From Octopus vulgaris (taxonomy: Eukaryota), in the NCBI GenBank assembly GCA_951406725.2, contig OX597814.1, positions 41,478,001 to 41,542,000 on the forward strand: 64,000 bases of DNA, given 5' to 3'. How positions within the stretch are numbered: position 1 is the first letter of the stretch; each line of letters opens with the position of its first letter. A program made the translations under genes and the position numbers. Below the pieces are notes generated by a model. It saw only the letters and a program-made list of their open reading frames with translations, was not told the origin of the DNA and ran no database searches. Below, piece after piece: positions 1 to 13,285 of this stretch.

Positions 1-1947
1 AGGCGCTTAGAATGCTGGTGAAATGTAATATGATACATCACCTATTTTAATTGCCATATTCGCTACAGTATTTCCCTGGGATATTTTTGAGTATTTATTT
101 AGGCAATATATCCAACGTCAGACTACTTAATTCTATGCCACTCAAATTTTGAATCTCACAAGAGATATCTTCTTCAGTGATGAAGTGGGTATCTTTCTAC
201 ACAATGAAAACTATGTCCAAGCTCAAAAGGCTATAACGTGTTCCAAAATTTAATAAAAACTATTCGAACTCTTATTCTTTAACGCTTCTTCATTGAACAT
301 CTTTTGTGAGTTTAAAACAAACTATTAACGTATAAGGCTAAACTACTCTTCCTCTCATGTTATATATAGACGCAACATTTCTGAATTATATTTGAAATTG
401 AATACATTCAGCATGAAAATATAATCCTCACTTTAGACTCTGACATATATAAGAAATGATAGCTAAATATTTTCATGGAGTATACCTTGTTTGTTTTCCT
501 CTTGATCTATGGCGATGGAACATGAATATTTTATTCAAAATGCATAAACAATTAGAAAGGCGCTTTTTCAGTAAAATATATTCGACAAATATATGCGTGT
601 ATCTATGAGAGGCTAAAAGAGCTATAATCAGTGCCTTTTTGTTAGTAAATATGAGCTTATATGCTTCCTTGCATTGTAACAAACTGAAGTGAACTAGCCA
701 TATTTTTATAAGAATAATAAGTGTTGAAATGTCTCTACAATATCGTAAGCTAGTTTCTTGTAACAAAATCCTTAACTAAGATTGTTTTCCGAAAAAAAAA
801 GGTAATATTCAAACGTGTGAGTGTTAAAAATCCCAGCACATAAGTAATAGTAAAGAAGTGACATATTCAAAGCATCTATGCCTTGAATATATTACATTTG
901 AAATGAAAGTGAATCACATCAATAAGACAAAAGTGGAACAAGACAGAAGAATGTGAAATACTCAAAGAATCAATAAACTCATGAAATGTTCAAATTTGTC
1001 TCTCCGATATTTTTTAAACACAACGGTACGTGAAATAAAACACATAAATAACAGATCATGGCTACTTCAAAGAACATATATTTCCTAAATTTATAAATGT
1101 TCCATTTTTATGAGTGGTATAAAGTCAACTTTGTCTCTATGGAATGCCAAATGATATGATTCGCTATTGTATTTAACTAATAATTGTAATTAAATACACG
1201 CGATAAAATAATTGTAAATCGTCCATTGGGCTAGTATGTTATTTTAGCTCATTAATGAGGAATTTTTATCCCATATCTCTCATGAGGTATATCAAAACAA
1301 CAGCAAATATGCATAGACAGAGCATGAGGGAGAGCCAGCCGTGTGGAATTTGTCAAGAGAAGGGCTTCTTCACACGCAAATTCCCAGAGTGGAAAGGAAC
1401 ACTTACTCAAGGGATATATCAGATGCCTCCATGAAGAAGATATACACACAAATACTGGAGAAAGAAATACATAAAAATTCAATTGTAACAAGTGCACCCT
1501 CGCTCGAGATATTTGATGATGTCGAAAATAGGTTGACCACAATATGTTGTCTAAGAATGCAATATGCAATATAAACATAAGCAAGGGAGATAACTTGAAG
1601 ATTCCCTATGTTTTCTAAGCAACCAGCAACGGGATAAAGGTTTGTTGCCTAAATTCTGCGTCTCGTAAGATGACGGGATTGATCAGAACATTGAAATTAA
1701 AAGATCTAAATACTAGAATAATTTGCAAATTTTTCTTAAAATAGAAGGAATATGCAATGTAGCTATATCCGAACGAGGTTGGCAACTAAGGGTTTCCTGC
1801 CGAGGTATGGAGATTTACTGCTCTCAGTAGCATAGGATGAAAAAGAGAAATGAATACATGCGCATGATGGCTGACACCCAAGCACGATCATGTAGCGATT
1901 TGCTAAAACATTACAAACCACTACAGAAATATTTTCATATATATATG

Positions 1948-2040
<93 letters not shown>

Positions 2041-2196
2041 TTTTGTTTTCTCTCTGTGTATCTTTCTGTTGAAGAGCGTAGGCTCGAAACGTTAAAGACT
2101 TGTTTTATTAATATTTCCTGAGCGCCATACTAATACAATTGTTTGTTTGTTTTCCACCTGCCTTCGTCTTTTGTCTATTTTCATAAAGCTTCCCGT

Positions 2197-2198
<2 letters not shown>
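2041..2198 (+). mobile_element. Short interspersed repeat between (TA)n tracts carrying a degenerate minimal hammerhead-like motif (Penelope terminal-repeat type)
   Basis: 2061-2098 reads tcttt CTGTTGA a GAGC-gtag-GCTC GAAAC GTT aaaga: stem I tcttt/aaaga, stem II GAGC/GCTC, GAAA core, palindromic ACGT stem III; core is mutated (CTGA>CTGT). Confidence 0.45.
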
Positions 2199-2238
<40 letters not shown>

Positions 2239-2297
2239 TGAAAAGATAGATAGATTGATTGTTAGATACATAGATAAAGAGACAGATAAATAGATAA

Positions 2298-2338
<41 letters not shown>

Positions 2339-4374
2339 TAGATATATATACGTATATAAATATCTATGTTTCTATGTATATACGTGTGTGTGTGTTTGTG
2401 TGTGCGTGTACTGCTTCGAATGCTTTGGACTCAGTAAGGATCTGTTACTTCATATTCACTGTTATGAATGACACCACATACACCAAGGTCTTCAATTGTA
2501 TACCACCGACATAAATAGTTAAGCAGATGATGAAAATACCTCCAGAAGGAAATTGTGTTTTCTATATTTATGATGAAAATATTTTCTAGGTTCTGGAATG
2601 AAAACAAAAAGAAAATACTAAATCTCTGAATCAAATTTCTATACTAATCTTGTTGAAGGAAATTAAATTCGGTCTGCTTTCGATTATTATTTTCTGTTTG
2701 CTTTTTCGAAACAGAGAAAATCGTAACAGAAAATCGAAGTAGAAGGTTATATTTAACTGTACAATATATTTGACAGGCTGTCACCAACATACAAATAATA
2801 TACCACTCGCAGACTCCTATAATTGATCTCTCTATCCCTCATTTTCTGTCTCACATTCTCTCTTATTGTGTATCCCTTTGAATTTAAATCTCGGTATAGA
2901 ATGTATTATATAATGGAGTTATAGAAACGGTCGAGTACTAGGAGAAATATCGTGTATTGAAATGATTTACTCTGTTTGACTCCACATTTTATTCCTATGG
3001 AATTGATGACTTAACACATAAAAGCTTCACTTTTCTTTACAGTTATAACTCTGTATGTATGAATGTGTGTCTCTGTATGTGTACGCATGTGTGTGAGACT
3101 GCATTTTAAAGAAAATTTCAATTTAGAATACAGAACCCTGCAAAGGTAATGGAGTTCCAATTCACAAAGTATCAGAGCGAACGTCAGCAGTTTGAGAAAA
3201 CTAGAGGGTTGGAAAGCGGTGTTACTGATTGGTGATTTTCTCTCTATTTGAATAGTGAGCGAGTTTCTCCAGCGACATAGGTAATTTAGCTCGAAAATCT
3301 ATGGCTCGATTATGCGAAAACCATTAGAGGTTTTGGGATATTAGGGTATGTGTTACGTAGCGATTTGGAGGCACATTCCACAAAAGGTTGAATTTAGAAC
3401 CCATGGAGCTGCTTCTGAACGTTCTGTGAACTGAAATAAGTTAGCTGCACGTGATAATACCTCACACCTGGTGCATCTAGAGCAAGGGGTTGATAGGGAT
3501 GCACTGTGATATGAAGTGGAATGTTGTGTATTTGTGATAAGTGAGTGGTTATAGTGTGGCAGATGTTAGGTATAGAAGTGAGAAAGTTGACAATAATATT
3601 TGGGGTGTCTGTGTTTCGAAAACAAAGCTGGCTCTGTTATCAGAATCTCCATGGACGACTCCACTATAACCACTGCCAGTTTTAGCTAAAATATTGCCTC
3701 ATCACACTTAGTCACGCCTCGCCAGTATTTTTATACCTTTATCCCACCCAAGCTTAAGTTATCTCCCCTTCCGCTAACACAGCCATGCACGCACGCACCC
3801 AAGTGCGTAAATATCCCTACTGCTTCATATAAACAAGGGCCCACCAGCCCTGACAATCTCACATCCACTACGCTTAAACAACACATACCAGAAAATGATC
3901 TATTCTCACCACAGTCTTGTGCTCCGCATGGTGATATATTCTGACATAGCCAGATTTCAGAGCTCAGTACAAATAACGAATATTTTGATGACGTTATTCA
4001 ATTCGGTGAAAATCTTAGATTCTGGATGAGATTACTTCACTGGATTCTTATTATTTCCGCTAATGTCAATTGGTATGTATACTCTTCGATTTTTACTTCT
4101 CTGATATACACTTGGTAGGGAAGCTTTCGCATTATTTTACACTTTATGAAACCTGTGCATGTCGAGCAGATTTCGAGTATAAACATTTTTATTACTATGG
4201 GTAAGAATCATTATAATATTAAGAGCGAAAAGAAAAAAACATGAAAGTACAGATGTGTTTGTTTTATCCAGGAAGACCGTTGCAGCTCCATGGTTATCAG
4301 AATGATCTGAAGTTTGTAGTCTTTCCTGAAATGCAGGAACGAGATAAAAGCTATCATATATCGATGCACGCAGA

Positions 4375-4447
<73 letters not shown>

Positions 4448-5832
4448 CAGATTGAAAGCATACAACCTTTGTAACAAATGTATGCTGTTCTCGTCGATAT
4501 TTACATTGCATTCATTTATTAATATACTGTTAGCCGGATGCAATGTACATTGGAGATACATAAAAATTATCATTATCATGTAAGAGAAGTAACCCCCTGT
4601 GCAATTCATCTCTCTTTCACAAGCCAGTTTTTTTATATTACTCTTCGTGTCTCAGAGAAATATGTGTCAGTTATTTATGTTTAATTTCGTTCAGCGTTTG
4701 TTTACCAAAGGGTGATACCTAATGTCCAAAATAGTGCTGATATGAATATCGAAATATCTCTACACATATTATCACACATTAATGCACTCTAATTTATTTA
4801 CAAGCCTCTAATGTCCAATAGAAAACAATGGTTACCTTATATTATGTAACCGAAACAACTATAGTTCTTCGTTTGTAGCCTGTTATTGTGAATCTTTTAT
4901 GCATTTGTCAAACCTACAGATGGGATGGTGAATTCAGGATAACTAGAAGTCGTAAGCAAAATAGATATAGGAAAGTGTGGGCCATTATTTTAAGGCAACA
5001 CACGCTCATATTTATTAAGATACTTCAGTTGTACCAGATAGTTTTCTTCTGGCTTGCAGGAATGTTCTTAATGTTTCTGTTTCTCACTCTCTATGAGTGT
5101 CTCTATATCTCTGTGTATCTGTCTGGCTCTCTCTCTTTTTCCTTTGCTTTCGTTACCTCTACTCTCATCCGGGTTAAACCCTAAAACATTTTACAGGAAG
5201 ACAAAATATATATTATTAGAAATCTAATTTAGAAATTCTACAAAATAGTTTGAATAAAACCTTCTTCGTCGTGTGGAATCGATTCATCTGCACGTTAATA
5301 TAGATTGGGAAATTGCCAAATTGTTGCTAAAAATAAGCTCAATTTGTAATGTTCAATATTAGGAAGAAGATAGATATAATCATGATTACACAGAAACTTA
5401 TTTAAAACAGATTTTTTTTTCAATTACATTTAAATATTATCTTCCTAATTGCTGAGATATGCTACTATCACTTCACTCGGAATTCATGGAACACAGAATA
5501 TCACTAAACTTCATTGATCATTTTGATTTGCTAGATATAATTGGAAAACCAATTTCATGCGTATCCGATTTCGAATGCATATATAAATGTATCACTGTTA
5601 TTAACTTCATTGCCATAAAATTAATTAGTGACCTAATTTATACGAATGACGGTTGGTAACCAGGAGAATCAAAAGTAACGCATACAAACATGCATACATA
5701 TTTACATTTACATATCCATTCAAATGAGCATCCGCACAGTCACACATACACACATACATACATTTAAAGATTTGTATGTATGTGTGTATGTATTTATGTA
5801 TGTATGTATGTATATATCTATCTATCAATCTA

Positions 5833-5895
<63 letters not shown>

Positions 5896-6545
5896 AGTAA
5901 AAAATGGGATATATATATAATATATATATACGCGCACACACACATATATCTATGCAATGGAATGAAATGTATATTAGCTACATATGTCTGTATTTTGCAA
6001 TATAATTATAGGTAATTAAGACAATTTCAATAGCATATCATATGTTAATATCTAGCAATTTGTTTCTGAAAATAAGACTGGTTGTAATACTTTTCCCAAA
6101 ATATATTGGATCATTTATTCATAATTAGTATACATATGATTTTTATTAAAATTCAGTGAAAAGTTCCAATTTCGTATAAAAATATTTGAAAGGGGCTTAT
6201 GAGAAACATATGGAGCTATGTGAAATATTTATTTCAGGTATATTCCTGTGAATAATAGACTGTATATATTGCGAATTTTTGAAGCGTGGTTTAATCTTAA
6301 TCTATATAAAAGAATCCCATTGAAGATGTAATGTGATCCCAGCCATACAATGCTTATATTCATACGTCCGCCGTATGAATATAAGAATTAATCTCGATTA
6401 ATCTCCCCAAATAAAATATTTAATAACTATCATGAGAAATCGCAGTCGATAGAGTAAATGAATTAGCACCCGTGTCATATTTCAATTAACTATTAGAATT
6501 AATTCATATTATATATATATACATATATATATGTGTGTGTGTGGT

Positions 6546-6578
<33 letters not shown>

Positions 6579-6669
6579 ATATGTGACAATTATTTGGTAG
6601 CCAAGATAAATTTCCTCTATTTACATAATATTGAGGTCTCTTTCTTTCTTTTGTTATCTTACCGTTTTA

Positions 6670-6713
<44 letters not shown>

Positions 6714-7686
6714 CATATAACTTGTGGATGTGTTGAAGTAATGAGTTGATATTGTTATATGTATACGACAGAAAACTACCAACATGTTTTTTCATATATG
6801 CATATTTTATTCTTTTTTCTAGTTTTTACAATAAAATCGCAAGTTTAGCTCCCTCTCACCTATTTCATAACTAAATGACAGAGCTCTTTTTTAGCTGCGG
6901 ATGCAATCAACAACAGCTATTATAATAATGGCATAAACTATGAATTTATGTTACTATGTATATAACACGCACTAGTATAATATAGAGTCATTTATTTGAT
7001 ATTTTGCCGATCAAAAGTGTCCACTGCGTTTTATTTAGAGGAACGTTTCGTGTGTATCATCCACAGATTTTGCGATAGCTGCGTTTTTAAAATGCATGTT
7101 ACACGCTTTTATGTTGTAGCAATTCAATTTTCCATCTTGTCTATGTGGTTTTTTAAAGGAGAGCAATTCAGTGACATAATACATTCTACACTCTTTTCCA
7201 AGACGTTTTGCCGACAAACATATTACTAGTATGTTTTCTGTTTCTGTTTACCACATTAATATTCTAAACAGATCAAGTCGATTCATACTCCGTTACAAAA
7301 ATCTTTGCATCCGATCCAGTTGCTATTAGAGTAAATAGTCAAAGGGGTGCTTTCTTCACTTTACGCACGCTTTCGTTTGCAGTGGTGGCTTTGCAAATCA
7401 ATAATATATACAGACTATATCATTGCTTTTCTGTTTCGTGTATTATATTTTGGCACGTTTAACCACAGTGTATCTTTTCACGGGTTTTTCGCGACGTAGG
7501 CACTGTATTTATTTACAAAAATTGAGAATTCGTATACAATTCATCACGCTTAATGACATTCTTTGTATATTGTTATTCTTTGTTTCGTGGTACCAGCATT
7601 GTTCTACATGATGAAATAATTGCTAACTATGACAAAACGCACTCCTGTTAATTACCCATTTTAACACATGACATTTTAGCTTTAAG

Positions 7687-7748
<62 letters not shown>

Positions 7749-8606
7749 TATATGTATCAGCTTGTTTGGGGATCTTTCTTTATAAAATACACATTACCTA
7801 ATAGCTACTTGTTGATATAGTGTATTAAATATCTTACACAATTTAGTCTCATTTCCTCCTCGTTGAAAATTTGAAAGCATGTAGATTTTAACTTGAATTT
7901 TATTCAGGCAGTCAACTTTGTACGTATTATTTGTATTCTGCAGTAAAATGTATTGTTGACACATTATAGTCTCATTATATGCGCCATCTTTACAGCAGCT
8001 TAAATGCTGTATTCGTCAAAAGCTGTTACCTACTACTTAGCTTGAATATCATGGGCATAAAATCCAAACAACTGAAGCATTTATGTATTTATTGTGGATT
8101 CGTGTCAGAATTATACAATCTAAATAAATAGGTGTCTGCAATGAATACATAATATGTAATTTTATTCACAGAGAATCATTGATGCTTTTGTAATGGAAAC
8201 GTTTGAAACGTTTGCTGGAAAATCACGGACAGGTTCGATCTCTTTGGATGCTATTGAATATCTGTATATAGATTTTTAATAAAAGAGAAAACTTTATTGG
8301 CAATGGGTATTTCAATATAAATACTACGATGAAGCTGTTAACGATAGGTGTCTAGTAAAATGCATTTGTGGGTTGGAGAAGGCATCATTTGCTGCAGCGT
8401 ATCCATAACTCTTTCTCACCTTGTTATACTGGGCAATCGATAATATATTTACCACTTCACCTATGTAACTATAGCGTAGGGACTAATTATATAGCTTACA
8501 ATTCCGACAAGAATAGTTTCGATAGACCTGTTTCTTCAGATAAATGAAGTAAAGTATAACGGACAAGTCATGTATCTGATAGTTTTCTGAAGGGTGGATA
8601 TACAAC

Positions 8607-9816
8607 TACACCCAGGACCACGCTATTAACTTAGGAGTGAAATTTAGGATGTCTCCATTTTTTTTTTGTGAATCGATTTTGATAAAACTTTTCCCAGCTT
8701 GTTTGCACGCGAAGACAATACCATTGATATAATTTCATTATTCTGTGTAACGCCATTTCTTTTTTATTTAAGATTTTTCAGTTTTGCCTATTCCTTGCTA
8801 ATAGGTTTTGACTGAAAATAGCTCATCTAGAATTTTTTTCAAAATTTGAAGGGTAATGATACATATTAAGCAAACTTTTAGTAGATGATTAGCAGAAAAC
8901 AATAATAATATGATAACGTTTATTGAAATAATGAATTATTTAGAATTATGTAGCCTATGAATGTCATTTCGAAAGTTAACTTCAAAACCCTTATTAGTCG
9001 TGGAATCCGTCAATTCCTTAATAATAGTAGGTTGAATTGCCTCTGAGTCAGCTGTGATGGTGGATCATAAGACATCTTTCGACGTAAATTGACGTCCATC
9101 GACATGAACATCTTCAATAAATTTTCGATAATGTTGAGTCCAGAGTTGCAAGCAGCCACACCCTCAACCTTTCACCTTGTATGCCGTAAGTTTCAGGGAC
9201 TCTTGCACATACACCATGTTCCTGAGAATGCGATTTCGGTTGGTGTTCGGTACATAACAAATTCTGTAGGTGGTGAAAATAGCTTTCCCACGTAAATTGA
9301 AGACAATATTACTCAAATCACGAGCTGTCACCGTTTTGAAGGTCCAACAATTTGATCATTTTTTTCTTTGGCGCTCATCATGTCAATAGGTATTATAATA
9401 TTATTATAGCTTATTCTGCCGAGATCGAATGTGCCTTTTATCCTTTCGGGGTCGATAAATTAATTACCAATTGCAAACTAGGATCAATCTAATCGACGGC
9501 CTTGTACCTAGATTAGAAAAAGAATATTTTATTATGGTTTTCTCTTAAATATATACTCAATATATGGTTACTATGTATCATTATCCTTCATTTTCTGAAA
9601 GAAAGTAAATGTCAAGATGGGCTAGTTTCATTTAAAAGCTATGAGCGCTGTTCACGTAAAAACGGAAGAATCTGAAATGAAAAAAGAATACACAGAATAA
9701 AGAAAATGGTTTCGTCATATTCTGCAAACCATCTAGAAGTTTTATTAAAATTGATTCACAGAAAACAGAGAAATCCTAAATATCTCTCCTAATCTATCAG
9801 CAAAGGAGTGGATGTA
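8607..9816 (-). mobile_element. Decayed Tc1-like DNA transposon with ~100-bp imperfect TIRs and TA target site
   Basis: 8605-8707 (actaca...ttaggagtgaaatttaggat...gtgaatcgattttgataaaact) is the inverse of 9722-9818; TA at 8607-8 and 9815-6; minus strand ~8960-9170 translates (with frameshifts) to NSGLNIIENL..DVHVDGRQFTSKDVL*STI...IQPTIIKELTDS, the Tc1 SPDLNPIENLW C-terminal region. Confidence 0.7.
9415..9525 (+). mobile_element. SINE fragment (family with cctttcggggtcgataaa core) inserted in the Tc1 remnant
   Basis: cctttcggggtcgataaattaattacca...gatcaatctaatcgac matches the copies at 60344-60512 and 32535-32705. Confidence 0.6.
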
Positions 9817-10404
9817 GTGTTTCAGTGAAACATATATCACCTAAGAACCAACAGCACTTATACAAACCTCATATATAGTAATTCTGTGAGCTAGTGTTTA
9901 TAGCATGTCTGGAAAGCTGGCTTTTTTATCACACTAATGTTAAATGACATTTTTTGAAACACAAACAGGGGCTTCTAAATGTGATTTACCTAAAACAACT
10001 TGAACACATTGCAAATATCAGAAAAAGGCAAAACATCGCCGTTCATATTTTTCAAAATCGAACCAAAGACGTAATTGTTAATTTGAATTGTTTCCCATGT
10101 ACTTAACAACAGTGATGTGACATACAATCTTACTGCGACTTGGACGCTGTGTCGGTGTAACGAATGAAATGTGTTGAGACCTGTTGCAGAATGAACTGTT
10201 TCGTTTCTTCTTTTATCACAATTGTACATGACACATGAATATCAGTGATATATCACACACTGTGTACATTGCAGAGACAAAGAGAAACGTATTATATGGC
10301 TTGAATTGAGAGGTGGTCAATTCTTAGTGGTAACTCATAATTTTATTAAATGCAGGAGCAAATGAGAGTAGTACTGAAAGATCCCCCCAAAAATTAGCTA
10401 TCAA

Positions 10405-10880
10405 AATTAGTAGGCATTTGCTGTGGATGTAATGCGACACACGGGAGTGACAGACACGCATACAGCGATTGCATTTGAAGGAGCTCTCTGTCGGTGGTGT
10501 TGATTTTTCCTGCCGTCCAATGCGATTTCATTTGATGGCGAATACGTGCTTTTCTCCCGCTCACTTCATTCCTTTTCGCAGTATATTCCCCCAGTGTGGA
10601 TGATCATTTGCAACCTCCTACCATCTCAGGATGTTCAGAGCAAGTGACTTAATATCTGCCTTACAGACATCTGCAAACCGATGATGAGGGAAAACTCGTG
10701 TTCTTATGCCAGTAACCAATTCCCCATACATGAGTTCTTTGGAGTTCCTTTCGCCTGCAATGCGATGAACATGTCAAAATTACAGGATGATAAATACGCC
10801 TAGTATTTTAGCATCCCTAAACTCTTTCCATGGCATTCCATGTACAACTTCTGAGGATGCCCATTTTTTCTGACTCTTGC
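10405..10880 (-). mobile_element. RTE-clade LINE 3' remnant (ORF2 C-terminus)
   Basis: Minus-strand translation HVHRIAGERNSKELMYGELVTGIRTRVFPHHRFADVCKADIKSL..W and terminal FKCNRCMRVCHSRVSHYIHSKC, matching the RTE GHVxRM..RIPK.LLYGEL..G.R..GRP..R.KD..K.D motif and the C-terminal Zn finger. Confidence 0.7.
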
Positions 10881-11399
10881 TTCAACATTGATCATATTTC
10901 ATATGTACACATCGATAATAAATTCCTTCCGCACGAAAGAAATATTAAATAGCTACTATATATTTAGAAATATTAGCACGAAATTTAATATATTTGTTAC
11001 CTCTTATATGCATTTAGGTCGCGGAAAATTCTCTGAATGTTAATATGCAGAAACCTGGATAAACTTCACCAGGATAAAATTTCCTATCTTTTAATAGAGC
11101 TATGCTCTATTTCAAAATAATGAAATTACGTAAAGAGAATAAAAATATTTATATACCCGATGCAATAAAAATCGTCATGCTTGTATCAAATATAGTGCAA
11201 AATTTAATTTAATATATCATAGTTCTACATATAAACCAAGCTCCCAAAGAATAAATAATTAACTGCATGGCCTTACAATGAGCCTAAATAAATACTGCAC
11301 CTTATAATAATTGAAAACAAAGAAACATTTCGACTGCCTCCTAGACTGGGAAAAACGTACATTGTCATATTTTTCTCATCCTCACTCATATATTTGGTT

Positions 11400-12622
11400 A
11401 TGCCCAAATTATTGTTCTGAAGAATGTTTAAGAAAACATAAGGAAATTATGTTTGTCTTAAATTTGAGATTACATCGACAGTATCTTACGAAGGATATGG
11501 GCAGTTTCCATGAGCATTACTTTGGTAATTTCTGCTATTTGTGGATTTCCTGGCATCTGTTCTAGGTAGCGATAAGCACCTTTCGCTATCATTCCAGCTG
11601 CACGTTTGACACAGGTATTGCATTTGTCTTGAGGTTCCCCATTTTGACAATTTCTATTTCAAGATATTTATACTTGCTCAGTATTTGGTAGGTCTTGACA
11701 GACAAATTTATGTCGTGTGGTAGAGTCATACCAATGAGGATACATGATTTTTGTGTAATGTCCTTCAATATAATGTCTAATCTATTCGCATCTATCTTTC
11801 TCTCAGTATGAACGGTGACGTTCCTGAGTAGTGAGAAGTGATCATTTGCAAAATATAGGTCACGACTCTCTCATATCTGTGAATATATACCTTCTTAGCT
11901 AAGACTGGGGAGACTGAGACAATATGATTTATTGTTTCTTGTCTATTTCCAATTATTCTACAGTTATTTTTTGGTATGTCACTTCATGGTATATTTTGGT
12001 AATTTCTGAGAATTCTTTTGTCTTGTGCTGAAATTAACAATTCTTCAGTGTGTGCTTTGACTCCGGAGCTTCTCATCCATTCTTCGGATTTAGCTTTGTC
12101 TATTTATTTTCTGTTTATTTTAACCCAGAATTTGCCACGAAAGTGCTATTCTTGCCATCGTTTAATCAGTATCCGTTACTGTTCCAGGTTTATTTTGGAT
12201 TTATTTTTTTGTTTTACATCTTTTATTATTTCTTCTTTGCCTTCATAGTTGTTACTTATGTACTATAATTTCAATTTTCTATTTGTCAGCTGAAAACGGA
12301 TTTATGCATTGTTCGTGATTTGTGGTTATTTCAATTATTTTTCATTGCTTCTTAAGTAGATATTTATGTAGCCCTATAGTGGTTATTTTGTAATAGTCAC
12401 TACCACCTTCGATACGTTGTACGAATAACCTTTATGTGTAAGATTTCAGATGGTGCATAATAAATATTTTCTTTATTTTTCTTGCTTTCCAGTTTAGTTC
12501 ATTTAGATTTCAGTTCAGAATATTGTAGCTGTAAGTTATACTTGGAAGGCTAGAGCGTTGATACCTATTAGCTCGTTTTTCGCATTCAGCTCTAATTTCA
12601 GTATTCATCTAAATCGTCTATA
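11400..12622 (-). mobile_element. Old R4/Dong-type RLE non-LTR retrotransposon remnant(s), probably two joined pieces
   Basis: Minus strand: ELNAKNELIGINALA..SYNILN, WMRSSGVKAHTEELLISAQD, ETINHIVSVSPVLAKK, HTERKIDANRLDIILKD..LIGMTLP..LSKYKYLEIE, C-terminus METAHILRKILSM* (stop 11470-72); homologous to the 21362-24058 copy. Confidence 0.75.
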
Positions 12623-12677
<55 letters not shown>

Positions 12678-12978
12678 CATCATCATCATCATCATCATCA
12701 TCTTCATCAACCTCATCATCGTCGTCGTCGTCGTCATCATCATCATCGTCGTCGTCGTCGTCATCATCATCATCATCGTCATCATCATCGTCATCATCAT
12801 CGCCATCGTCATCGTCATCATCGTCATCGTCATCATCGTCATCATCGTCATCGTCACCATCATCATCATCATCGTCATCGAAATCATCGTTATCATCAGC
12901 GTCATCATCGTCATCGTCATCATCATCGTCATCATCGTCATCATCGTCATCGTCATCATCATCGTCATCATCATCATC

Positions 12979-13014
<36 letters not shown>

Positions 13015-13185
13015 TTCATCATCGTCGTCGTCATCACCATTATCATCATCATCATTATTGTAATTATTATTATTATTATTGTTGTTGTTGTTGTTATTAT
13101 TATTATCATTGTTATCGTTATTGTTATTGTTATTGTTATCATTATTATTACTATTATTATTATTATTGTTATTGTCATTGCTATT

Positions 13186-13218
<33 letters not shown>

Positions 13219-13241
13219 ATTATTATTATTATTATTATTAT

Positions 13242-13285
<44 letters not shown>
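12623..13285. repeat. Compound trinucleotide microsatellite (ATT/ATC/GTC/GTT/AGT)
   Basis: Directly visible; gives rise to spurious poly-H/S/L/M ORFs. Confidence 0.97.

Noticed and set aside
1341-1574. 77-aa ORF as a host exon
   Set aside because: GTG start, no recognisable domain and no convincing splice signals
3140-4110. Possible Penelope/GIY-YIG remnant
   Set aside because: Only a vague YVAGETRSLF resemblance; insufficient to call
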